DNA of 41,308 nt from Gemmatimonadota bacterium (GCA_030618065.1 JAUXEE010000001.1:1-41308); one strand, 5' to 3'; positions 15,485 to 23,328 are shown, counted from the stretch's first letter. Numbers and translations are program-made. The notes: generated by a model not told the origin, from the sequence alone.

Positions 15485-16397
15485 CGCCGTCCGTGGCCGG
15501 TCGGATTTCCAGCCCCTGTCTACGGAAGGCTCCAGCCAGAGCGTCTTGCATGGTGGCGGTGGTTTTCATGCGTCCTACATCGATCCCGAGTTCCACGATG
15601 GTCTGGGCAATGGCGGGGGACACCCCGGAGATGGTGGCCTCACATCCCATGAGCCGGGTTGCCCGGGTAATGTTGATGAGGTAATTAGCCACCGCCGTGT
15701 CCACCACCCCCACGCCGCTGATGTCCAGGATAAAGATTCGGGCCCGGGTTTCGGCAATCTTCGTCAGACCGGCGTTCATGATGTCCTGTGCCCGATGGGA
15801 ATCGATGATCCCGACGATGGGGAGGAGAAGGACACCCTCCCAGATCTCCGTCACGGGAGTGGACATCTCCATGAGAGATTTGGCCTGGGCTGTAAGCGCT
15901 TCCTCGGTCACGGCGTTGTAGGTATGCACGACCACCGCGGTTTCCAGGTGCATCAGTTTGGTGATAATGGATGAGATTTGGACCCACTCTTCGGATGGGA
16001 CCCCCAGTTGACCGGCCACTTCACCAATCACGATCAAGAAGTGATTGATTCCGGCGAAATATGCACTTAGAGGGAGTCCGATTCGGGCATGCACCTCCCC
16101 GATTTCCACCCGACGCCGGACGTAGTTTTCATCGATCTTCCCCGATAAAAAGACCTCCCAAGCCCTCTCCTGGAGACCCCGGGCCCGTTCCATGACTGCC
16201 GGATCGGAGAAGAAGAGTTCAAACTCCGGGTAGGTCTTTAGCCAGCCGTACCACTGGCTGATCATCTCATCCAGATGGTCCCCCACCCGCTCTCCGAAGG
16301 TCCGGAGAACCTCCAGCTCTTCCTGCTTCAGACCGTAGAGGGCCAGCAGACCCTCCGGGGTCATGGTGTCCATTCCTGAAGCATGGGATCCGGTCAT
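15474..16397 (-). CDS. rsbR: RsbR-like stressosome sensor: N-terminal globin-coupled-sensor/protoglobin-like domain plus C-terminal STAS
   Basis: The N-terminal part reads ISQWYGWLKTYPEFELFFSDPAVMERARGLQERAWEVFLSGKIDENYVRRRVEIGEVHARIGLPLSAYF, a protoglobin signature with a candidate proximal His. The C-terminal part reads LLPIVGIIDSHRAQ...ILDISGVGVVDTAVANYL, an RsbR-type STAS with Ser/Thr at both known phospho-sites. The start forms an ATGA overlap with the upstream gene. Confidence 0.8.
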   Translation of the reverse strand: MTGSHASGMDTMTPEGLLALYGLKQEELEVLRTFGERVGDHLDEMISQWYGWLKTYPEFELFFSDPAVMERARGLQERAWEVFLSGKIDENYVRRRVEIGEVHARIGLPLSAYFAGINHFLIVIGEVAGQLGVPSEEWVQISSIITKLMHLETAVVVHTYNAVTEEALTAQAKSLMEMSTPVTEIWEGVLLLPIVGIIDSHRAQDIMNAGLTKIAETRARIFILDISGVGVVDTAVANYLINITRATRLMGCEATISGVSPAIAQTIVELGIDVGRMKTTATMQDALAGAFRRQGLEIRPATDGDVR

Positions 16398-18322
16398 TCT
16401 CCTTCTCCTCCATTCTCGGTGCTTTCAGATTCGACGTACTTGCCTTCCAGCATCCTCAGGGCCAGTTCGAAGCCTGCCTGTAAGGTCCCTTCGGCGTGGA
16501 CGTTCTCCAACTCCAGCCCCGCGTCCACAAGACCTCCCGCAGCGGCAGCCTGCATTCCCGTGATGATGACCCGACAACCCAGCAGTTGGGCGGCCCGAGC
16601 GGTCCCTTGCAACCCCTCGGCCACTTCGGGCGAAATATCCGGGACTCCGGTGAGGTCCAGGATCGCCACCCTTGCACCCCATTCGTGGATACGAGCCAGG
16701 AGTCGTTCCCGGGTGGAAGCGATCCTGTCAGCGTCCATTTCACCCACTAGAGGTACCATGACGGCGTCATCCCGCAGGGGAATGACGGGGGTGGAAAGAG
16801 CATCGATGGCACGGGCCTGCCGGTCCACCAATTCCTGGATGGAGCGGCGCATCTGATCGAAACTCGACGCCAGTTCCCCGATCTCGTCACCGCGGGTGAC
16901 GTCGACCTCGATATCCAGACGGCCTTGGGCCAGATGGGCGGCGCTAGCGGACAGGACCTTGATGGGTCGTGTCAGACTTCCGGCGAACCAAAAGGCCAGG
17001 ACCCCCAGGAGCGGAATCAAAATCGCCAGCCAAATCATCATTCTCACCCTGAGCTCGGCGACGGCCTGGAGGGCTTCTGCGGCGTCGATCTCGCTCATCA
17101 GCACCCAGTCCAGCTCCGGGAGGTTCAGAGGCCTGAAGCTGGAGAAGACCCTCACTCCCCTGTAATCCTCGAAGGAGGCCGTGCCCGATTCCCCCCTTTG
17201 CGCCAGTTCGGTACCCTCGGTTCGAATCTCCTGAAGTCCGATGGCGCTCTCCAACGACTCGATGGCCCGGATGGTGGGCTCGGGGACCCCGGCCTCCCGG
17301 ATCATGGCCGTGTACCCCTCCGGATCCTCCAGGAGGAAACGGGACTCGGTGCGGAGCCGGTGGTCGCCGCCCACCAGATAGGTCTCCCCCGTTTCCCCCA
17401 GTCCCATGGACGACCAGGCGCCCCCGCTAGTCATGATGTCGTTGATGCGGCCGATGGGGAGTTGGAAGATGAGGACGCCGACGGGCTCATTCCCGTCGAA
17501 GACCGGTGACGACACGAAGGAGGCTCGATCCGAGTAGGAAGGGATATAGGACTGGAAGTCCTCCACCCGGATGAAGTCCCTGGCCCCGGAGCCGACAGCC
17601 GCACGGAAAGCGTCGGCGATGTTCGCATCCCGATACGGGCCGTTCAGAAGGGAGGTCCCGAAGTCCACTTCCTTGAAGACCGAGTAGACGATGCGCCCCG
17701 ATTCCCGGTCTACCAAGAAGATATCGTAGTAGCCGAATCGCTCCAGATAGGACCGGAATATGGGATGGTACCGCCCGTGGGCCTGGTTGTAACCTGCCGC
17801 CTCCGGAGCACGGTCCTGCAAGTGCTTCGAACCCACTTCGTAGGGGTTCGAGCTGACGTAGAGACTCTGGAGGGCCCGTCCCGTCTCATCCTCGGGCCAG
17901 AATTCCGAGAGGTTTCGGGGCTCCAGGAGGTTGGCATTGAGGCGGGGGAGGAACTCGTCCTGGTAGTAGAGCCTGAGCTCCTGCTCGCCCTCGGATCGGT
18001 TCCAACCGGACCGGGAGAGATTCCGGGTCAATTCTTCCGCAGCCCCCGAGAACTCCCGAAGGGCCGAGGCGACGGTGGGGTCCTCGGAGAGGGTCACCAT
18101 CTGATCGACGATAAGCTGAAGGTAGTCTTCGATCCGGTCTCCCTTCAGCTCCCGGATCGACGTGAGTTGATCGAAAGCCTGCTCTTCGAGAGTGGTGACC
18201 CCCAGACCGTAGGACAGGGCCCCCATTGCCCCCATGGAGATGAAGGCCACAGCGGCCAGGACCGAAAGAACCCTGGCCCGGATCGAAACTCCTCGCTTTT
18301 CCACCGATGAAGCTCGAGTCAT
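16394..18322 (-). CDS. Membrane-bound RsbR paralogue: TM, dCache-like periplasmic sensor, TM, HAMP, RsbR-type STAS
   Basis: The N-terminal TM is VLSVLAAVAFISMGAMGAL. The Cache-type core is GYYDIFLVDRESGRIVYSVFKEVDFGTSLLNGPY. The second TM is MIWLAILIPLLGVLAFWFA. The HAMP segment is LTRPIKVLSASAAHLAQGRLDIEVDVTRGDEIGELASSFDQM. The STAS segment STPVIPLRDDAVMVPLVGEMDADR...ILDLTGVPDISPEVA...LLGCRVIITG is collinear with the STAS of the adjacent RsbR. Confidence 0.8.
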   Translation of the reverse strand: MTRASSVEKRGVSIRARVLSVLAAVAFISMGAMGALSYGLGVTTLEEQAFDQLTSIRELKGDRIEDYLQLIVDQMVTLSEDPTVASALREFSGAAEELTRNLSRSGWNRSEGEQELRLYYQDEFLPRLNANLLEPRNLSEFWPEDETGRALQSLYVSSNPYEVGSKHLQDRAPEAAGYNQAHGRYHPIFRSYLERFGYYDIFLVDRESGRIVYSVFKEVDFGTSLLNGPYRDANIADAFRAAVGSGARDFIRVEDFQSYIPSYSDRASFVSSPVFDGNEPVGVLIFQLPIGRINDIMTSGGAWSSMGLGETGETYLVGGDHRLRTESRFLLEDPEGYTAMIREAGVPEPTIRAIESLESAIGLQEIRTEGTELAQRGESGTASFEDYRGVRVFSSFRPLNLPELDWVLMSEIDAAEALQAVAELRVRMMIWLAILIPLLGVLAFWFAGSLTRPIKVLSASAAHLAQGRLDIEVDVTRGDEIGELASSFDQMRRSIQELVDRQARAIDALSTPVIPLRDDAVMVPLVGEMDADRIASTRERLLARIHEWGARVAILDLTGVPDISPEVAEGLQGTARAAQLLGCRVIITGMQAAAAGGLVDAGLELENVHAEGTLQAGFELALRMLEGKYVESESTENGGEGE

Positions 18323-18529
18323 GAAACGCCTCGGATTGTTCCTTGAGCCTTGAATGTTTCAGGTAATCCGTGTTCGAGTCAACCCGTCACAGGTAGTGGA
18401 CATTCTGTTCGTGTGGGCAAATCCGGTCGGGACCTGCCTCCGGACCAAGGGTAGATTCGGCGCCACCACAATTCTACCTTCAACGCTCCCCGAACCATTC
18501 AGGAACGGAGCGCTCGATCGGCGTGTCGG

Positions 18530-18895
18530 TTGTGGCGGGCCCGGAACTCAGGATCTAAGACATTGGATAGACCACTGAAACTCGTGCAAGGTAGCCTTGC
18601 CCTCCTCATTCTCCGAGCCGTTTCCCAGCGCCCCCTTCACGGGTATGGGATCATGGCCTGGATCAGGGCCATTGGCGGTGAGGAACTGGAGCTGGAGGAA
18701 GGCGCCCTCTATCACGCCTTGCACAGGCTTGATCGAAAGGCCCTCATCAAAGGGGAGTGGCGGCGTTCCCCCGACACCGGCCGGAAGGCGAAGTTCTATA
18801 GCCTCACCAAGAAAGGTGTGGAGCAACTGGCGGAGGAGACCGCGCAGTGGGAGGGTTACATCCGGCTCCTCCAACGGGTCATGGCTCCCGGTTGA
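18530..18895 (+). CDS. PadR-family transcriptional regulator
   Basis: The product contains LVQGSLALLILRAVSQRPLHGYGIMAWIRAIGGEELELEEGALYHALHRLDRKALIKGEWRRSPDTGRKAKFYSLTKKG, a PadR winged helix. The start is uncertain: TTG at 18530 or an in-frame TTG at 18563. Confidence 0.85.
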   Translation: MWRARNSGSKTLDRPLKLVQGSLALLILRAVSQRPLHGYGIMAWIRAIGGEELELEEGALYHALHRLDRKALIKGEWRRSPDTGRKAKFYSLTKKGVEQLAEETAQWEGYIRLLQRVMAPG

Positions 18896-18908
18896 AGGTT
18901 TCGGACCG

Positions 18909-21569
18909 ATGAGGACCTTTTCTCACCTCTGGAAGCGTCTTGCCCCGGACATTGCCGCCCGTCACGCGGAAGAAGAGCTGGACGAGGAGATCCAGGACCA
19001 CATCGATCGGCTCGTCCGGGACCTCGTCATCAAGGGAATGTCCCCGAAGGAAGCGGAGGCGGAGGGGTGGAGGTTGGCCGAACGCCTCGGGGCCGCGAGG
19101 GCCCCAATCTCCCGCGAGGACCGGAAGGGGATCCTCAGAGAGCGGCTCGGTGAGAAATGGATTTCAACCGTCGTCCTCTCCCGGGAAGTGATGAGAATCC
19201 TCAGAACCCGGTGGAAGACCGTCACGATACTCTCCCTCATATATGCTTTTGGCCTGACCGTGGCAGGAGCCGGGTTCGGGCTGGGGTATGCCGTTCGGAA
19301 CTGGCTTCCCGGCGCCCGGGATCCTGAATCTTTGCACGTGGTAATTCAACCCAATCCCACCGCTCCGTCATCCTATACCTACGAAATCGATTTCGAGACC
19401 GCCCGGGCTCTCAACGATCACCCGGAAGAGCACCACATGTTCGCGGAGAGCTGGGCACGGGCGTTTCCCGTCCGAGGGCCCTCGGGAGCCCCCCTGCCAA
19501 TAGGGCCTGAATCGGCCCGGACATCCTTCGTCTCACCCCACTACTTCGAACTCATGGGGCTGAAACCGTCCATGGGGGGACTTTTCGGCTCCGGCATCTC
19601 CCTTTCCATGCCCTTTCCCGCCGTGCTGACCATGGAGCTTTGGCGTAGTGCTTTTCAGGGAGACCCAAACGTGGTCGGCAGAGATCTGCTGGTGGGCGGG
19701 CTGGCTCTTCGAGTGGTCGGTGTTCTCCCCTCCGCCTTTCAAGGCGTTTCTCCTCATGGGTTCGAAATCGCCATTCCTCTGGCCCTTGAACCAAGGGAAA
19801 CACAGGCATTCCTAGCCAGAAACGGGCTCCGCCCCCGAGACTTCCGACCCATGTTGCTGTTCCGGGATCCCGGAGGCGAGAAGACCGTACCCGCTCTCGC
19901 TGAAGGTCGTCAGTTGATCGCCAGCCTCGAGGGGCGGGACCGGGAGTTGGCTCTCAGAGGGGTGGTTCTGGGCTTCGCCGGGGGGGCGTCGCCCCTCTAC
20001 TTCCTTCTGGTGGTTTCGGTGCTGGTCCTGCTCCTTTCGGCTGCCACCGGAAAGGGCCTCCTGGTCCTGGCCGGGGTGCGGAATGCCCGGAACGATGCTG
20101 TGGCTAAAGCTATCGGAGCCACGGCGGCCCATCTGCGAGTGAAGGTTTTCTTAATGGGGCTGATTCCGATCCTGGTCGGGTTTGCCCTTTCCGTCCTCCC
20201 CACCTCATTGATGATGGAGGCCCTGCGCTCCGCCACCCTGGAGTGGAGAGTCCCTGCTGACCGACTCGTCTCCCAGCCCACCCTTATTTCCCTCTTAGCC
20301 CTTTCCGGGGCGGTGCTGTTGTTAGGGACCACCCTTCGCCTGCGAAAGGGGAGTGGAAGGTGGATGACCCACCTCGGGATGGGTGGTGGGGTTATCTCGA
20401 GTCGGGGGCGTGGCTCGGAACGGGCCCTCTCCACCGCCCTTTGGATTCAGCTTCTCGTCTCGGGATGCCTTTTGGCCACCACAGGTTTATTCTGGAGGAG
20501 TTGGACGACTTTTGCCTCCCAAGATATCGGATATGACGCCGAACGGCTCTGGGTAGCTCCCGTTCAATCCAGCCTCCTCCCTCCCTCCCAGGAAGGTCTC
20601 GGCGAGGCCCGGTTGGATTCTCTGGCCCAGAGGGTAGGGGAAATGCCCCAGGTCGAATCTGTGGCCTGGACCGACTCCCGGCCTACGGACATGGTGATCC
20701 GAGCAAGGGTGTTCTTCCAGGACGGAGATCGGGTCATCCTCGAGGAGGACCGGGGCCCCTTCGGAGAGAGAGTGGACAGCGCCTTTTTTTCCACGGTGGG
20801 GCTCGAGATTCTGGAGGGCCGGAATTTCATGGGCGCTGGTGAGATCATGGTCAGTGAGGCCGCAGCCTCCTTGATCTGGCCTGAAAAGGACCCATTCAGT
20901 CAATGCCTCTTCCTCTCCGATCTGGATGGTCCATGCTCCCGAGTGGTCGCGATAGTGGAAGACGCCCGCAATTACCTATTTGGTCCACTGGCTCCCATGA
21001 TCTACTCGCAAATTCCGAAAGGCTCGGGCTATCGAGTTGGACTTGTAATTCGCACGGAGCCCGGGGTGGGAGCAAGTTTCGCCGGTCAACTCGATGCTCT
21101 AGTGGCACCCCTATTTCCCGAGGCGCGATCGGTCTTTCGGGTAAGGGAGAGAAGCCTGGAGTCCATCGCCGAACAGCGGTCTGGTTATCAGATTGCCGGG
21201 ATCTTTGCTGCCATCGCCCTCTTCCTTGCGACGGCCGGGTACTTTGGGCTCTTTTCTCTTAAAGTGGCCAGGTCGAAGGGAGAGTTGGCCGTGAAGGTCG
21301 CCCTCGGCGCCAATCCGAAAGTGCTGTACAGAGAGGTGGTGACGGCGGCGGTATCTCATCTCTTGCCGGTTCTGGTCCTGACGGCCGCAACGCTCTATCT
21401 GGGTGGTTTCTTTCTGCGGCCTATGTTGCTTGGCTTTCCCTTAGTTGATCCTTGGGTGATCTCCGCGACGGTGGTGATTCTCTTAGTCGTTTCCCTTCTC
21501 TCCGTCACCCTCCCCGCCCTGGAAGCCATGAGGGTAGACCCCGCCGAGGCTCTCAAAACCGAGGCTTAG
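18909..21569 (+). CDS. ADOP-family duplicated FtsX permease with a PadR-associated N-terminal prefix domain
   Basis: The true start is judged to be MRTFSHLWKRLAPDIAARHAEEELDEEIQDHIDRLVRDLVIKGMSPKEAEAEG (ATG at 18909, 13 nt after the PadR stop). The part of the track ORF upstream of this is out-of-frame read-through across padR. Two FtsX blocks are present and the C-terminus is LEAMRVDPAEALKTEA. Confidence 0.85.
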   Translation: MRTFSHLWKRLAPDIAARHAEEELDEEIQDHIDRLVRDLVIKGMSPKEAEAEGWRLAERLGAARAPISREDRKGILRERLGEKWISTVVLSREVMRILRTRWKTVTILSLIYAFGLTVAGAGFGLGYAVRNWLPGARDPESLHVVIQPNPTAPSSYTYEIDFETARALNDHPEEHHMFAESWARAFPVRGPSGAPLPIGPESARTSFVSPHYFELMGLKPSMGGLFGSGISLSMPFPAVLTMELWRSAFQGDPNVVGRDLLVGGLALRVVGVLPSAFQGVSPHGFEIAIPLALEPRETQAFLARNGLRPRDFRPMLLFRDPGGEKTVPALAEGRQLIASLEGRDRELALRGVVLGFAGGASPLYFLLVVSVLVLLLSAATGKGLLVLAGVRNARNDAVAKAIGATAAHLRVKVFLMGLIPILVGFALSVLPTSLMMEALRSATLEWRVPADRLVSQPTLISLLALSGAVLLLGTTLRLRKGSGRWMTHLGMGGGVISSRGRGSERALSTALWIQLLVSGCLLATTGLFWRSWTTFASQDIGYDAERLWVAPVQSSLLPPSQEGLGEARLDSLAQRVGEMPQVESVAWTDSRPTDMVIRARVFFQDGDRVILEEDRGPFGERVDSAFFSTVGLEILEGRNFMGAGEIMVSEAAASLIWPEKDPFSQCLFLSDLDGPCSRVVAIVEDARNYLFGPLAPMIYSQIPKGSGYRVGLVIRTEPGVGASFAGQLDALVAPLFPEARSVFRVRERSLESIAEQRSGYQIAGIFAAIALFLATAGYFGLFSLKVARSKGELAVKVALGANPKVLYREVVTAAVSHLLPVLVLTAATLYLGGFFLRPMLLGFPLVDPWVISATVVILLVVSLLSVTLPALEAMRVDPAEALKTEA

Positions 21570-21583
21570 AAAACAGCTGCCCT

Positions 21584-21629
21584 TCTCCAGTCTCCAGTGC
21601 CCCGAGTCAAACCTCCGAGTCAAACCTCC
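21584..21629. repeat. Two adjacent tandem duplications in the amtB upstream region: (TCTCCAG)x2 and (GAGTCAAACCTCC)x2
   Basis: Read directly from the sequence. tctccag occurs at 21584-21590 and 21591-21597. gagtcaaacctcc occurs at 21604-21616 and 21617-21629. Both pairs are perfect copies. Confidence 0.9.
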
Positions 21630-21714
21630 CCTTGAAACCCTGAATCATTCAAGTACATTCTTTACGACTTTGCTGAATTCCTTATCAAGAATCGTTTTCT
21701 GATCGAGGACTGCC

Positions 21715-22971
21715 ATGCAAGCAGACCCCGTTTTCAATGGTTTGGACACCTTCTGGATTCTCTTTGCGGCCTTCCTGGTATTTTTCATGCAGGCCGGCTT
21801 CGGAATGCTGGAGGCAGGTCTGGTTCGCACAAAAAATGCCGCGAATGTCCTCACCAAGAACGTCCTGGACTTCTCCTTCGCGGCCCTCGGCTACTTCGCC
21901 TTCGGTTACGCCATCATGTATGGGACCGAAGGCCTCCTGGTGGGCACCGAGGGCTGGTTCCTTTCTGGCGTAACGTCTCCGGTGGACGGCGTACCGGTGG
22001 AGGCTTTCTGGCTATTCCAGGTCGTTTTTGCCGGGGCTGCAGCCACAATCGTGGCCGGGGCAGTTGCCGAGCGGATGAAATTCGTCGCCTATCTGATCTA
22101 TTCATTCATCATCAGCGCCTTCATTTACCCGGTCGTGGGCCATTGGGTATGGGGTGGTGGCTGGCTGAGCAGTTTGGGATTCCACGACTTCGCCGGCTCC
22201 ACGGTGGTCCATGCCGTCGGGGGAATCAGCGCACTGGTAGGCGCCTGGCTCCTTGGCCCCCGCATTGGACGCTTCAACGAGAATGGCACACCCAACGTCA
22301 TCGCCGGCCACAGTCTCCCTCTGGCTACCATCGGAGTCTTCATCCTCTGGTTTGGATGGTACGGCTTCAACGCCGGGTCCACTCTAGGATTTGGAGAACC
22401 AGATGTGGTGGCGCGAATAGCCGCCAACACCACTCTGGCACCGGCAACCGGGGCGCTGGCTGGCCTCATGACTGCTTGGGTGAAATGGGGTAAGCCCGAC
22501 CTGACCCTGGCCCTGAACGGGGCCCTGGCCGGCCTGGTGGGAATCACCGCTCCCTGTGCAGTGGTAGGTATGGGATCTTCAATCTGGATCGGCTTGGTCG
22601 GTGGGGTCCTGGTGGTCTTCGGGATCGACTGGATGAACCGAATCCGCATCGATGACCCGGTTGGCGCTTTCCCCGTCCATGGTCTTGTGGGCATCTGGGG
22701 CACGCTTGCCGTGGGGATCTTCGGCCAGGCCTCCCTGGGGGCTCCCGCCGACGGCCTCTTTTACGGGGGTGGATTCGGACAGCTGGGCATCCAAACCCTT
22801 GGCCTGGCAGCCTGTCTGACATTCACAGCCGTGTCCATGTGGATCGTGTTTAAGGGCATCGAGGCGGTGGTGGGTTTGCGGGTCTCTCGGGAAACGGAGT
22901 TGAGGGGCCTAGATCTCGACGAACACGGTCTGGAGTCCTATAGCGGCTTCCAGATCTTCACCACGGAATAG
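21715..22971 (+). CDS. amtB: Ammonium transporter (Amt family)
   Basis: The product contains FWILFAAFLVFFMQAGFGMLEAGLVRTKNAANVLTKN...DFAGSTVVHAVGG...GWYGFNAGS...AFPVHGLVGIWGTL, which are canonical Amt motifs. A GAGGA sits 5 nt before the ATG. Confidence 0.95.
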   Translation: MQADPVFNGLDTFWILFAAFLVFFMQAGFGMLEAGLVRTKNAANVLTKNVLDFSFAALGYFAFGYAIMYGTEGLLVGTEGWFLSGVTSPVDGVPVEAFWLFQVVFAGAAATIVAGAVAERMKFVAYLIYSFIISAFIYPVVGHWVWGGGWLSSLGFHDFAGSTVVHAVGGISALVGAWLLGPRIGRFNENGTPNVIAGHSLPLATIGVFILWFGWYGFNAGSTLGFGEPDVVARIAANTTLAPATGALAGLMTAWVKWGKPDLTLALNGALAGLVGITAPCAVVGMGSSIWIGLVGGVLVVFGIDWMNRIRIDDPVGAFPVHGLVGIWGTLAVGIFGQASLGAPADGLFYGGGFGQLGIQTLGLAACLTFTAVSMWIVFKGIEAVVGLRVSRETELRGLDLDEHGLESYSGFQIFTTE

Positions 22972-22987
22972 CGGAGAGGATCAACTA

Positions 22988-23320
22988 ATGAAGATGGTCG
23001 TCGCCGTACTCCGCCCCGAGCAGCTTCCCACAGTAAAGGATGCGCTGTTCGAAGCGGATTTTCAACATCTCACCGCGACCTCGGTAATGGGAACGGCTCC
23101 CAAAACGGAACAGCAGATGTTTCGTGGCGTGCGCCGGGAGGTATCCCTTTTCAGGCGGGTCCGAATCGAGGTTGCCGTTACGGACGCCCTGGTCGAACGG
23201 GCCATCGAGGCCATTACCCGGGGAGCCAAAGAGACCGGGGGATGGGGTCACATCTTCGTCACCGAGATTAGCGAGGTGGTGAAGATCTGGACCGGCGAAC
23301 GCGGTCCTCGAGCGTTGTAG
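22988..23320 (+). CDS. glnK: PII-family nitrogen signalling protein (divergent T-loop)
   Basis: MKMVVAVLRPEQLPTVKDALFEADFQHLTATSVMG...RVRIEVAVTDALVERAIEAI...HIFVTEISEVVKIWTGE is collinear with E. coli GlnB. The gene lies 16 nt after amtB and 8 nt before glnA. Confidence 0.85.
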   Translation: MKMVVAVLRPEQLPTVKDALFEADFQHLTATSVMGTAPKTEQQMFRGVRREVSLFRRVRIEVAVTDALVERAIEAITRGAKETGGWGHIFVTEISEVVKIWTGERGPRAL

Positions 23321-23328
23321 GGGGTGTT

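Noticed and set aside
18450-18478. Imperfect hairpin (GGTAGA...TCTACC) in the 207-bp divergent region between the stressosome operon and padR
   Set aside because: The stem is short (6 bp with a bulge) and I recognised no PadR-type ATGT-N8-ACAT motif or promoter hexamers. It is not distinguishable from chance.
18597-18908. 104-codon upstream extension of the second ADOP permease ORF overlapping padR
   Set aside because: This frame is simply open across the padR gene. The PadR frame is the real one there, and the permease prefix domain begins at the ATG at 18909.
21655-21685. Possible sigma-54 (-24/-12) promoter upstream of amtB (tttacgactttgct)
   Set aside because: The invariant GG of the -24 element is missing (TTTACG versus TGGCAC). 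Only the TTGC of the -12 element is matched.
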